Program-made: the position numbers and the translations under genes
NCBI GenBank assembly: GCA_030704615.1
Contig: CM060734.1
Coordinates: 42,160,001-42,224,000, forward strand
Reading direction: 5' to 3'
DNA from: Takakia lepidozioides
Taxonomy: Eukaryota > Plantae > Bryophyta
DNA length: 64,000 nucleotides
The notes under the pieces: generated by a model
What the model was told of the DNA's origin: nothing
Databases searched by the model: none
The model's input: only the letters and a program-made list of their open reading frames with translations
In this document: positions 1 to 12,709 of the stretch, piece by piece
How positions within the stretch are numbered: position 1 is the stretch's first letter
How the letters are laid out: each line of letters starts with the position of its first letter

Positions 1-45
1 CATGGGGCCACCTGTGAGCATTTTAAAATTGTTCTTTGTTTCTAA

Positions 46-82
46 GAGCTTTCCGCGGACGTTATAAAGCACCATTTCATTT
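46..82 (+). mobile_element. Extremely 5'-truncated LINE 3' end, same family as the LINE at 2565-3704
   Basis: GAGCTTTCCGCGGACGTTATAAAGCACCATTTCATTT is identical to 3663-3699, the 3' tail of the downstream LINE. Confidence 0.7.
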
Positions 83-480
83 GTTTTCCCTTCTTTGTTT
101 CCCTCCAGTGCATTTCATAAAGTTGTTATTTCTTTTTCCGCTGTGCAAATCATTGGTGCTTTTTTGATGTTTTCCAATGTGCTTGGTTCTTGTGGCCGCT
201 TGTGGACATTACAAAGTTTCTTTATTCCCTTCTTTCGCCCCAGATCAACCTTTATAGGCTGAAATTGTCGAGCACTTGGTAAGCCAGGAAATGCTAGCGG
301 TGGCAGAGGTGGACACCACGAGACCACCTTCGACATAGTCATGGCACGAATTCTATGGGCTAAAGTTGTGAAATAACCATTTTCTCCTAAGATTCTGGAA
401 ATGTTTGTGGTAGTATTTATGTGTTTACAAAAGATTGTTCAGATGAGTGTTTCTCACTGGAGTTTCCTTGGGGTTTGCAG

Positions 481-3400
481 TTGATTGATCTAGTGCAAAA
501 AGGTCTTGCGGACTACTTGGAGACCAAGAGACTTGCCTTCAGCCGTTTCTTCTTTCTTTCCAATGATGAGCTGCTCCAAATTCTGTCGCAGGCGAAAAAT
601 CCTCTGGCTGTGCAACCTCATCTGCACAAATGTTTTGAGGCTATTGAAAGGCTAGACTTTGAGACTGACCTGGAAATACTTGCTATGAATTCTTCAGAAG
701 GAGAGAAGGTGAGTCAGGGTGAAAGTAGCAAGCACATATGTCAGTGTGTCTGGTATAGCCACCCTTGAGAAAACTGTCAAGTCCAATGGAGAAAGCAGAA
801 AGAAAGATGGAACCTATAACATTCACAGGGGGAATGGTATAAATTTACAGAGAAGAATTTGATGTGTAGGACTACTAGAGAAAATTGGAAGTGGGTAGGG
901 GGAAACCCTAAAGGAGAACAGAAAGAATGAAGGAACCGTATAACATCCACTGGAATCCAATAGAGTTGACGGGAGAAGACATTATAACAAACAAACAACT
1001 ACCATATGATGCTTAAATTGCAGAAGAGGAACAAGGGAGTTTATTATGTCCTCAGGAGAGGGAGAGCCACATTGTTGTAGGTGTCCCTTCCAGCTAAGCC
1101 GTTGTGGATTGGATTGCAGATCCCATTTCCATCAAGCATGTATCCAACTGGAAATGTAGAAGTGTGGCTGAGTCAGGTTAAGCAGAAGATGAAGGGAAGC
1201 ATCCAGGTATCCCGAAGCCAAAATTTCTCCTTGGGATTCTATTGATCTTTGAGTGTTATACTGTGCACTGTTGGAGTGTTGTCCTACCGGGATAGAGAGG
1301 AGTTTGCTAACATCACAAGAAGGTAGGAGTTGAATACATTCAGTAGATCTTGACCTTTTAGGAGTTTTGTGTGCTCAGAGCTGCAGCCTTTTTCATAGTT
1401 GCTTACAATTTGATGAGAGGCTTTTGCAATCCTTTCCCTTGCGCTGAGAAAGCCCCTTGCAGGAAATGCAGGTGCCAATGCCAGCCATCCCATGGTGCAT
1501 AAGTGACCTTTAACTTGGACCATTGTTGATTTGATCCCAATACCTTCTGGAGTTTGGCCGTTGTGGCCTGAATTTTGCTCTCTTAGGTAGAAACTCACTT
1601 AATCCATCAGAGGTTTTCATCTTAAATTGGTTTTTGAAACGTTTTGGTATTTTTCTGGTCCTATAGGCCTTTGCCCTCTAGTGCACATCAATTTTATATT
1701 ATTTTTCTGTGGTCTTTTGTGTATGCAGATCAAAGTATCGCTCCAGGCCTACAAGTCAGTTCCAAGGACACAATGGGTGCAAGAATGGTCGGGGCAGGTG
1801 GTGCTTTGTGGAAGCTCAGTGTATTGGACGGCCGGAGTGGAACGTGCCATCAACACATCAACCATGCAAGCCTTTTTTGATGATGTACAGGTCAGTAATA
1901 ATTCCATCAGACACCCAGAAACCGAAGTGGAAATTGAATTGGCCTGGAGACTGTTTGAATTTCACACAATGCCATCCAATGTATGGAGTTCTTCAAACAG
2001 GTGTTTCAACAAGCTTAGAAGAGAACACATCCCTACTTAAATGTAGATGTAACCTATTGTAAAAATAAGGAAAGCAAGTCATTTTTTTTGTCAGAGGAGG
2101 GGACCTACGATGATAAGGCCAAAACTCTGAATTTTCAACCATAGTAAAACATTTCCGTCCTGTCAGATTAAAGATAGGGAGCAGCAAAACTTAAGGCTTG
2201 TCAATTTAAGGGCTACTACTAATATAGTTCCTTGTCTTGTTACAGTCATAGTTCAGTTCTATGTGCGCCTGTCCCTATGTAAAGACTTGGATGCACGCAT
2301 ACACTTACGACATATATGGGTGTGCAGGTAGAACAACTGAATGGTTTGACAGATCTTGTACGCAAACCATTGACTGTTCTAGCCAGGCTTACACTTGGGG
2401 CCCTAATTGTGATTGATGTGCACGCTCGTGATGTTGTTCAGCAATTAATCAATGAAAAGGTAGGCTTGACTTCTGACCTCGAGCCAATGTTAGTACTCAT
2501 ATTTTTAGCCAGATTATATATGTTTTTGTCTGTCTTGTCCTTGCTTGCTTGCTCACATTGCCAGCAGGAAATTGAGATTGTGAAATCATACCGGTACCTA
2601 GGTCTGGTTATCCACTCCCCCAAGTTTCACTTTGCAGCCACAGCCTTGGACAGATTGACTACAGGTAAGGCGGCCTCCGTCCGCCTTCAGGCCAAATGCA
2701 ATCAAAGACATCTGCGGCATCCCCCGACCAAAAAGTGGCTGTTTGACACCGTCGTCAGCCCTGCTACCATCTATGGTTGTGAGTTCTGGGCACCTGGTGT
2801 CCCTGTCTCCTGGTGGGAAAAGAATTTGGAACCATTACAGTCATCTTTTCTCCAAGCAATGCTTGGCGCCAGAAGCACAACTCCATCTCAGATCTTAGGT
2901 GCAGAGTTCGCATGTGTACCATTGCAATCCGAGGCCCTCTTCAGGCTTACAATCTTTCTCCATAGATTGCAGGCCCTTCCACCCAAAGGGCTAGTGGCAA
3001 GGGCCCTCACAACATCTATGAGGCTCAAAGCTGCAGGTTTCAGGAACTCCTGGTATGCTCGAGTGGACAGTTTATTTCAACGTAACGGACTTTCTACTGC
3101 TTTCCTATTACCAATGAACCCAGATGAGGTGGACATCACATCCAGACATGACCGCAACAGACTCATTCGGAGAGAGCTTATGGAATTACATGTCAAGCTA
3201 CCCAATCTCACGACAAAGCTCCACTTCTATCGAGAGACATTCTTGGTGCTCCGCGATGATAGAATCTTGAGACCAAATTACCTTTCAGCACCCTTATCTC
3301 CTTCCCTCTTGAGGGCATTGGGGCGGTTCAGGGTGGGTTCCCACAACCTACGGATAGAGACTGGCAGATGGGAAAACCTGCAACGGGAGGACTGCCTATG

Positions 3401-4521
3401 TCCAGCTTGCATAGGGCGCAGCAAGGAAATTGAAACTGAAGAACACTTCTTCTTCTACTGCCCTCTATACTACGAGATCCGTGGGAGATTTCACTGTTTA
3501 TTCAGTGGAACCCAAACTCTCACTGATGTCTTTCACTACGAGGATCAAAAATGCGTGGCAGCCTACCTACACGAGGCCTTCACCCTTAGACAGAACATTA
3601 ATTGTGGTTTCTGGATTTGTTCCTCTCTCATGTTTTCTTCCATTTTGTCCCATAAGCTCTACGAGCTTTCCGCGGACGTTATAAAGCACCATTTCATTTC
3701 ATTTTATTTCTTTCCTTCCTTCAAGCTGTGGGTCTGAGCTGGTTTGAGAAATCTGAAGGCAAGAAAAAGCATCATTTTCAAAGTAATGGGTTTGTCAGTT
3801 TGGTGTGGACCTCTTATGTGAAGCTTTCTCTTGGTCCCCTAGGTTCTTCTTCTCGTCTGCTTGGGTAGTCAGAGGTGGGGCTGCACTTGAAGTCCACTTA
3901 AGATGGTTTAATGTTGTGTGGGTGCAGGCTTTCCTGACAGGCACGCTCCAGAACTTTGCCCGGAAGAATAAGATGCCAATCGACACAGTCAGCTTTGATT
4001 TTCTGGCAGTGGATGACAAAGCAGTTACCTCAATTACTAAAGGAGCTCAAGATGGCTGCTACATCCGAGGCCTATACCTGGAGGGAGCACGGTGGGACTA
4101 CACCAACCAAGTGCTGACAGAATCGCGGCCCAAGGAGCTGTACACAGATTTGCCCATGATGTGGCTCAAGCCTGTGCAATTCAGGAACCCACCGACAAGC
4201 GGCTTCTACAACTGCCCTGTCTACAAAACCCTTGTTCGAGCAGGTAAATAGTTGCAATGGTTTACTTCATTTGTGTTTCCTCCTTTTGGGGAAGGGTCCA
4301 GATCCACATGTCCGCAGTACATTTCTTAAATAAGATTGCTTTAACCATTGCAGGTGAAATGTAATCTCAAAAAGTTTAAAAGCATTTCAATCCATTTTCT
4401 TGTCTGGGCTCAGGGACACTCTCGACGACTGGGCACTCCACCAACTTTGTAATGTACATGGAACTCAAGTCAGATAAGCCGTTAATCGAGGAGTTGGCCT
4501 CTTCACAGGCTTGCATTCTAA
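481..4521 (+). pseudogene. Axonemal (probably inner-arm) dynein heavy chain, 3' part; internally deleted and frameshifted; 5' part lies upstream of the window
   Basis: GT-AG exons 481-708, 1120-1206, 1729-1890 and 2328-2459 encode the linker (YLETKRLAFSRFFFLSNDELLQIL, GNVEVWL, WSGQVV, LIVIDVHARDVV). Exons 3928-4243 and 4414-~4521 encode the extreme C-terminus (GLYLEGARWD, YNCPVYKT, RAGTLSTTGHSTNFV). No AAA1-6 or stalk exons lie in between. In the last exon the conserved HW is absent and NRGVGLF is out of frame. Confidence 0.85.
2565..3704 (+). mobile_element. 5'-truncated non-LTR retrotransposon (RTEX-like LINE), post-RT region plus C-terminal zinc finger
   Basis: YRYLG (end of RT), LFDTVVSP..IYGCEFW, RFRVGSHNLRIETGRW, CPAC..ETEEHFFFYCPLY zinc finger, and a (CATTT)n 3' tail at ~3690-3704. 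The clade call is from motif resemblance. Confidence 0.8.
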
Positions 4522-6056
4522 GGCCAAACATGTACCAATGAGTTGATTTGAAGTAGGTAGAAACTAGAAACGTAGAAACAGGAACCACAATGAGGTGGTT
4601 GTATGTCCAGCAACGGACCCTGCAAGACAGCCCCTCACAGTAACCAATACCTAAGTGGTTGTATGGAGGAGTGCCGCCACAAACCATGGCAGTACTTGGA
4701 GCCTCAGATAAGCTTCATCAAGAGGCAAGGGTACCCTTTCCTAAGTTTCCCACTTGCATTGAATTTTCGAAGAAAGAGTCCTCAAGAACAGGTTTGAAGT
4801 TTAACCCTTAACTACCTAGGTTCAAATTTTTTTCACACCTAGTTTTCACTACGCCAGCCCACTAATTTCACCTCATCAACTTACCAGCATTCATCCATGA
4901 GAATGAATCATGCATTTAGATGTATACCTCGCACCTGCACCTCCACAGCAAACGTGGGAGGAATCCATGTGGATTATAAATATTATAATGATTTTGGTGG
5001 GACAAATCATCAATCCTAGTTTTTTCGCTTTGACCATGCAATGGAGCAAGCGCTTTGTGTCAAACTGTACTATGTAGTATTCCTGTTCTACGGTAGGTAA
5101 TCCATGAGCACTCCAAATTTCAGCCAAAACTAAGCTATCTACAAGGTGGTCTCCTTTGTAGCTGAATTGAGAGGGGTTCAAAACACCTCCATTGCCAAAA
5201 TCTTCAGGATGGACCCTGCACACAAAACAGGCAATGATTTTGAAATATTAAGGTCTTCAAAGCGAGGGTCCATTGTGGATAGTCTGCTCCAAAGCGAGGG
5301 TCAGTGGGCATTACGCTTTGGATAAAATATAACGGTAAAAGGAACGGACCTAAAAGAGCTTCTATGGTATGTAGAGAGTTGTTTGTTGCAGCACGTCCCA
5401 AAAACCCTACAACGCGTGTGAGCATGCTCACGCCACAGTGAGTGTCACTGCGAGGCGAAATATGATACTCTGAATATTCTAAGACTATATGGAGAATATA
5501 TTATGGCGAGGTTGGATAGCTTGTGCAGAGGTTTGGTGCGTGTGCTCAAGCGAGCATTAGAGGATATACCAGAAATTCCAAGAATATTCTTACAACATAC
5601 TTAGGCGAAACTAAATTGTGCTCGAAATGCAAAACTTTTCGAAATGTTTGCTCACGTGAGCACAAGCGAGAGAGCTGGGGCTTAGTGAATTTTCTGTCAT
5701 GGCCAATTTCTTAAACCATGCCTAGTCATTAGTTGCTGTATTTTTTATCATGTGATGTTGTCAATCATAGCAGTCCCTAATATGCAAAAGTCGTCACGAA
5801 CAATTCATTTCGTTTCGCCCACATAACTGATGAATTATTATCTACCGCAACAATATCGTAAAATTTCGTTAGCGGAATAAATCAACTTGAATCGAGGTTG
5901 GGTAGCGCGTGAGCATGCTCACATGAGCACAAACGCATATTCCAAATATTCCTAAGATGCCTTCGGAATATTCGATAGCGAAACGAAAATTGAGAAACTA
6001 AAACATTTGTGAAACTATTTTAAACTACTCACATAGGCCCTCACTGCAACACTTAA

Positions 6057-7294
6057 GGTGGGTTGGTATCCTGTGAGCACAATCTACGGTCATGGGAGTT
6101 TTATATTTTTTTAACCTCGGTCATAGGAGTTATATGTTTTCAAAACGGGTATAGTTTTTGGTGCATTTGTACAGTTCATCTGTGCCAATTCGGCGAGGTG
6201 AAACCTTCAATAGTGTAGCTAGAAACCCTAAACCTATAGCGGCGGCGGTGAATTTCACACCGAGAAATTATATGTGCTATCGGCACAAACTGAATTTCGC
6301 AGTGAGAAATGAAAGTTCAAGAGAATTTCGCACTGAGAAATTATATGTGCTATCGGCACAAACTGAATTTCGCAATGAGAAATGATATGTGATATGGGCA
6401 CAAACCTAAGTAGCGGTGGGTTTCGCATTGAGAAAAAGCCACGCCTATAGGGTAACATGTTCATCAGGTATAGGGGCTACTTGTTCTTTATGTGTTAGTT
6501 TTGCATAATTATTAGTTTTGCCAATTTCATTTCGCTATGGAAATTTCAAGCAAATTTCGCAGAAATTCTGCCCTTGTGCTCACACGCTATCCAACCTCCA
6601 CTTAAGAAACAAGTAACCCCTATAATGATAAACATGTTACCATATAGGCGTGGGATTTCCTCACGCTATGTTCACCCGATACTAGGCCCTTTCTATGACT
6701 TGAGAAAAGGGCGTTGAGACTCCAAGAAACCTTGAAGGTTATCACGTCCAATGGATAATTTATCGAGATGAAACTCTCACTCCCGAAACTATTACTTTTT
6801 TAAATTTTTCAATGCGAAATTGAAAATTTGTAGGGCTTAAACTGCAGATACCCATTTTTTTCCGGTTGATTTCATTTCTTAATGTGAAATCCGCCGCCTC
6901 TCATGTTTGTGGCTATATGACCAAATCTTTCTCATTGCAATACCCCGCCGCCGCCGCATGTTTAGGGTTAACAGCTCATGAACATTTGATACATTTCAAA
7001 TCATTACTTGGAAGCCAAAACATAATATACTAAGGGAATCATTTTAATATTAGACTATTATGTGTGATTCACCACCTAACAAAAAACTAAAAACATCATC
7101 TATAAACCCTAATTCGACGCAAATTTCGCAAAACGAAAACATAGAATGTATAGATTCGTTTTGGTGCAAATGTACCCTATAAATGCACCGTGCCTCAAAA
7201 CATGTAACTCCTATGACCGCAGTTATAAAAAACATACAACCCCCATGACCCGTGGGTTGTGCTCACGTTGTGCTCAGAGGATACCAACTCCCCC
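6057..7294. mobile_element. Degenerate foldback / long-TIR non-autonomous DNA element
   Basis: 6057-6190 pairs as an inverted repeat with 7160-7294 (GGTTGGTATCC..GAGCACAA..GGTCATAGGAGTTA). 6225-6290 pairs with ~6880-6970, and 6438-6490 with 6602-6653. An internal ~73-bp tandem duplication lies at 6254-6390. Confidence 0.65.
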
Positions 7295-8599
7295 TTGAAT
7301 CAAGTGTCACCTCGTCATCGAGGACGTCATCCAGTTTTCCGCAATACAATCCTAGAAAATTTAAATTCTTGATTTATTTCGTTGGCGAAACCCGTGGTGT
7401 GCTTTACTACATTAAATTGTTGAGCTAACTATTTGATTATTTATGTATTTTGGATAGTGTTGTAACATTGTTTTTCTTATTGTGTTATTCTTTTGTAGAA
7501 TACCAATTTGTAAATATATGGAACTTGGAATTTGTATATATATAATAAGTGCGCCTATTTGCGTGTAGGAACCCTATGTCTGTCCTTCATTTTCTATTTC
7601 CGCGGAAACATGGGTACCTATTGCCAGTTTTTGTGCTCACGCCTCCATTTTTCTGCGCTCCCCTGAGCTCACATATGTTCTTACCCACCCCTTGTTATGG
7701 CGAAAAGAAAACGTGCTCGCACTTCAAAAAAAACTATGAAACTGGTTTGTCTCTTATGGGTTCAACTTGCGGGTTTCTCGTCCTCCCTACATCATGTGTT
7801 CCTTTTTTCTGATTCTGATCCGCATGCCCTCTCTCATTGCTTCGGATAAGTCATAGACTCTCAGATTTCCTTGGTTACCTTGGGTTTGTTTGCCTTATGT
7901 GTTTTTGCAGCGTTTGCTGTGCACTTGGCTACATAGACTCCCCGTACTTCTTAGATTTACGATCATTGGTTTCTGGCATGGTTCATAGCTTGGCCGACTC
8001 CGTAGCGAACCATTTGCTGCCCATTGTGACTGTCCTGGGAGGTTCCTCCCCATTGTATTAGCGCCAAGTTCCAGGGGCAGCCCCAAGCGCCCCCTACATA
8101 AATCGTCCCCATGATTACAGAGGCGCAACCGGCTTAGATAGAATATTCTGTAAAGGGTGCCCCACGGAATCAGCCCCTACAAAAAGACATCCCTTTACAA
8201 GGGGTGATCAAGTTTTGCTGCGTCCCTTGTCTTTTCCTATAGCAGCCTTACCCAATGTGTTGATTTTCAGACAAAGTAAGTTAGATTTTAGGAGAGAAAA
8301 TAATTTTTGACATTTAAGAGCCCGGGGTACGAATGGAATATGGGTGCCCGTGATGAAATACGGATGGTGCGTGTCTCAATTCAGTCTTCGTCTCTGACTT
8401 CGAGTGTGCGGCATCAGGGCTCTCTGACATGAGTGAGCCATCAGACACTTTCTTCCTTTTTGCAGCAAAGATGTCGGAGAGTGGTTTGCATCTGCAAAAA
8501 ACTGCAACAGTAGGTCTGATCATCACCCAAAGGCGCCTAGATTGTAACTTAAGTAGCCCTTGGACGGCCACGCATAATGAGTCCACGCCCCCCGCAGCT

Positions 8600-8900
8600 T
8601 TTGTATGTAATGATGAAAGCTTGTTGTGCTTGAGCAGCTTTCCTTGTTTGGAGATTGATGCGAGAGACAGGACAAGTGAGGAGTTCCTAAATACCCACGT
8701 GGCCCTGACTACAACCCTTATAGTGAAGAGCATTCCTACTCTTTAACGGTTCGGAGGCCGGAGTAAAGTTACTGACCGCCAGAACCTTTTGCAAACCACC
8801 ATGCAGGCTGTCAGCAGGTGCTTCGATTCTACTTCTTCAATTTGCGAATCGCGAATCGCGATACATATCGTTCAGGATTGCCTCCCACACTCTCCGATTT
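8600..8900 (-). mobile_element. Possible degenerate L1-type LINE 3' fragment (zf-RVT-like)
   Basis: Minus-strand translation gives EEVESKHLLTAC..KRFW followed by RATWVFRN, resembling the L1 ORF2 C-terminus. Heavily decayed. Confidence 0.35.
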
Positions 8901-9671
8901 CGGCCAATGTAAAATACCTTTTTGATAGTGTGGGTGAGCAGCTGGGGGGCCCCTCGAGGTGCTATCCGTGGGCCCATCTTGGCCCCGTGAAATCTTGGCC
9001 CTGGCCTTTAATGTAAAGTAACCCTTTGGATGTCATGTTGTGCGGTGGGATTGGAATAGGATCAGGTGTATCACGTGGGCTGACCAACCTTCTGAACTTG
9101 GTACCAGACAGTCTGACTTTTGACAACCATGACCTTTATATTTGAAAGACGAAAAAGGCGAAATGCCCCTAGGGCCTGCAATTCCCGAACAGGTAAGTTG
9201 GACGTGTATGTAGCAGCATTCAGCTACACCCTAGCAAGCGAGGTTTAATGATCAATCTCCCAGCTCGTGTTTCTCGACGAAGTCCATGGATGATTCTGAT
9301 AACGATTCCCTTCACTGCAGAATTTTGGTTCACATCCAAGAACATCGGCGAGAAAGATCCCCATAAATAGAGAGCCACGTCAAGCTTTTGTCGCGCTGCA
9401 CAGACACTGACAGACTGACCCCCTTTCCCCCTTTCTTAGATTCTATATTATATCGCGCTTAGGTATCGTGGCTATAGACGTAGTAGAAGATATGATGCTT
9501 GGAAAGCTTGTGCTTGTGCACTCCAGCCTTGCCGGGTAACCCAATTGCTGTGTGAGGCCACAGCTAGACAGAAAGGACTTGAGAAAGAGAGAGAGAGAGA
9601 AAGAGCATCTGGACAGCCTGGTAGAGAGGCAAACCCACACATCAGAGTAAGAGACACTGTAACCGACATAG

Positions 9672-10911
9672 ATGGCAGGTGAGAAGGTTGACACCCCGGT
9701 TGTAGAGGGCGTAGAGACCACCAAAGAGGCGGCAGCTGAAGCTCCAGTCACGGGTATTATCCCAGGCCAGTGCTGCATTCCGCCGCCTCCGTCTGACTAC
9801 CAAGGACTGGGCAGCGAAGAAACTTGGGAACCTTTGCCTGTCTACCTCACTGGCTCAACTTCGTCTGCCTCCGCTGTGGTGTTTGTCTGTGATATCTATG
9901 GTAGCGCACTGTCCTCCAGTGCATCTTTCAATCTAATCCGTGTTGGATTTTTAGTTCCATGTGCTGGTCTGCAGATGCATGTGATCGCAGCTACAGAAGC
10001 AGAATTGGTCCTCGCAAGCTGTCTTGTCTGAAATTGATGACGACTACGTTGTAGAGAAGAGACCCTATCATGATGTTTCTGATACGATGCTATCTGTCAG
10101 AAGAACAGCCATTGTAATGCAAGGGGATCGCTGCATTTTGGCTTTGGAGATTTCACTGACCAGTCCAAACTTTAATGTCACATGTGAACTCTCTCGTTCC
10201 TTGTTATCGTGCTCTAAGATAGTATTTCTCTGCTCAAAATGACATTATCTTCATGAACTGTTTGCCTGATTCCATATTGACTTGCAGGATGTTTTTGGTT
10301 TAACTGACACTGATCTTGGAAAATGTGGATGGATGGACCTGGGCAGGTTGGCAGGTCCCACAAACCAGGTCTAAGTCTCTCGAGCCCTGGAGTTTCCATC
10401 TTTACTATTGCTGCACACTATGGCCTTGCTTGTTTGAACTAGCTATGTATGAATTCACTGGCCAGTTATAGGAGATTTTGTAAGCAGCTTTTCTCGAAGA
10501 GACGAGCCACCATACGGATGTGCAACCACAGGACCATCCAAGTGCTAAGAGCAGAGGGATGAATAGCATCTGAGAGAAGGACATGATTCCATGGACCAAC
10601 ATTCCGGACTCCTGGGTGCACAGGATTGTCAGAAAAATTGCTCCAGCGAGAGATTAGATAAAAAGTGGTGGCATGTTGTAATATTCGAAAGGCCTGGACA
10701 AGACATAGACGGACTCTCACCTGCCAAAGGATTATGTACTACAGGAGGCTGGCTGACAAGTTGGCGGCAGCTGGACATTTCGTGGTTTTGCCGGACTTCC
10801 TGGAAAACGATTTCTTCTCCTCCCCGGATCCGGAAAATGCTTATGCTGGCCTTCCAGATTTTCTTGCTCGACACCCTCAGGTGAGCAGGTATCTTTGTGG
10901 GATATATTTTC

Positions 10912-10963
<52 letters not shown>

Positions 10964-12709
10964 CATCGGCCATATTCACTTACAGTGAAGGTTCGATGTG
11001 ACACAAAAAACCACCAACCCAAGCCGATGGTGGTGGGCAACAAAACTATAAGTGAAAGCTTGCCCGACAACGTCACTCCAGATGCTAGGTTGACAGGTTT
11101 CAACAGTGTCGGAGAGTTCATGCTAGGGATCCCATTTTGTCAAAGTGGATTTATGGTGGCAGGAACCTTGCTAAATTCAAAGTTGGATGCAGCCCAAGGT
11201 GATTGAGGAGGCTACGAAAGTGATAGAGAAGCTTAAGAGCATGGGATTGCAGACGATCGGATTGACAGGCTTTTGCTGGGGAGGTGAGATGTCTTTGTGG
11301 CTCCTGTGGTTGGAGTACTCCTCCAAACGGGGGAGCGCTTGCAACAGATATTAACTAGTATTTCGTATATGTGCGACGAACCGAACAGCATTATGATTTC
11401 ACGTTTGTCTAGTTGCTACTTCACCATCTGCATATCGTCAAGTGCTCCCTCATTCTGAGATTTCGGTTGTTCCTAGGTATATGTACATTGAATGATTTGG
11501 TTTTGATGCATGGCAGCCAAGATAGTCGTAAGCTTGCTCAGAGGAGACAAGCCTGGAGTGGCTGCTGGGGTCATGTGCCATCCCTCTTTCATCACCGTGG
11601 AAGAGATCCAAGGTCGCTCAGATCCCTTCCTCACTTCTACATCAGGAGTCAACCTGTCTCTCATGTTTTCGTCTGTCTACTATCCCATGCAATTTATTTA
11701 GTTAACTTGAGATAAAGCTGAGGAGCTCACGAGATCTTCATTCTCTCTCAAGTTCTGGGTCACTGAACAGTAGTTGTTGATCTGATGTCAATCTGATGTT
11801 GTGATTGGTGATGCGGTCTGATATATCTCGTCGATGTTGCAGCGGTGAAGATTCCGTTGGCAGTGTTGGCAGCAGAAATTGACATAATAACTCCCCCTGA
11901 CTTGGCTGAAAAGTTTCGAATTGCCCTGGCGGCTTCGCCCGAGGTGGGCTCTTCCTCACCTGTCCTTTCCCCCCTCCCCTATCCAAACTTCTTGACAATG
12001 TTTACAGGCTCTCTTTTTTTTGTTTGCTTTAAGAGGAAATGGGGAAGAGGAAGACGCAAGACTCTCTCTACCCAGCGGAGGTTGTCATATCAAGTTCCTT
12101 TCTTTCAGATCTCTCTCACGTTCACTCACAACCCTTCACGTTGCCCACGCTGTAATGCAACAATTTTTCACCGCTTAATGCCTCTTGCTCGTGTTCTCGA
12201 GACCAGCTATGTCGGCCTCGATGGTGATGCAAAGCCCACGTCATCGGCTGTGAGAAAGCTAAAGCTGTTCCATACACATGCCCCCGTTCCTTAATCCTGT
12301 AAGGATTGCACTCCCAAATCAACGTCATATGAGAGGCTATCTAGATAACAGTTATGCTGAATTTTAGCAAATGCAAATGGGTCGGTGACCACTGCTGCTG
12401 GGGAACTGAAGCAAAGACATGACCGAGATCGTTATTGAATATGGGTTAGTCAATCTGCTGGTGTATGTTAGCTGCAGTACCTTCCAGCCTGTAGCCAATT
12501 TCTCTCCCGCTGGCAAGACCGTGTCATAACGCTGTCTCTCCATTGCCTGCACACAACAGGTGGGATCAAAGAGCTATGTGAAGCTATTCAAGGGAGCCGA
12601 CCACGGCTGGACTACGCGGTATGACCTCGAGGACCCTGAAGCCTCTAAGCGTGCGGAAACTGCCCACCAGGACATAATAGACTGGTTCAAAACCTACCTA
12701 CTGCATTAG
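9672..12709 (+). CDS. Dienelactone hydrolase family alpha/beta hydrolase (plant 'endo-1,3;1,4-beta-D-glucanase-like')
   Basis: Seven phase-consistent exons: 9672-9900, 10347-10368, 10745-10880, 11193-11283, 11517-11612, 11843-11943, 12560-12709. Motifs are QCC, DIYGW..RRLADKLA..G.FVVLPDF, nucleophile GFCWGA, HPS, AEID (acid) and HGW (His). Confidence 0.92.
10915..10961. repeat. (GA)n microsatellite in intron
   Basis: Direct inspection. Confidence 0.95.

Noticed and set aside
2316-3737. 473-aa ORF as a dynein-LINE fusion protein
   Set aside because: Chance read-through from a dynein exon past its GT donor (2460) into an intronic LINE.
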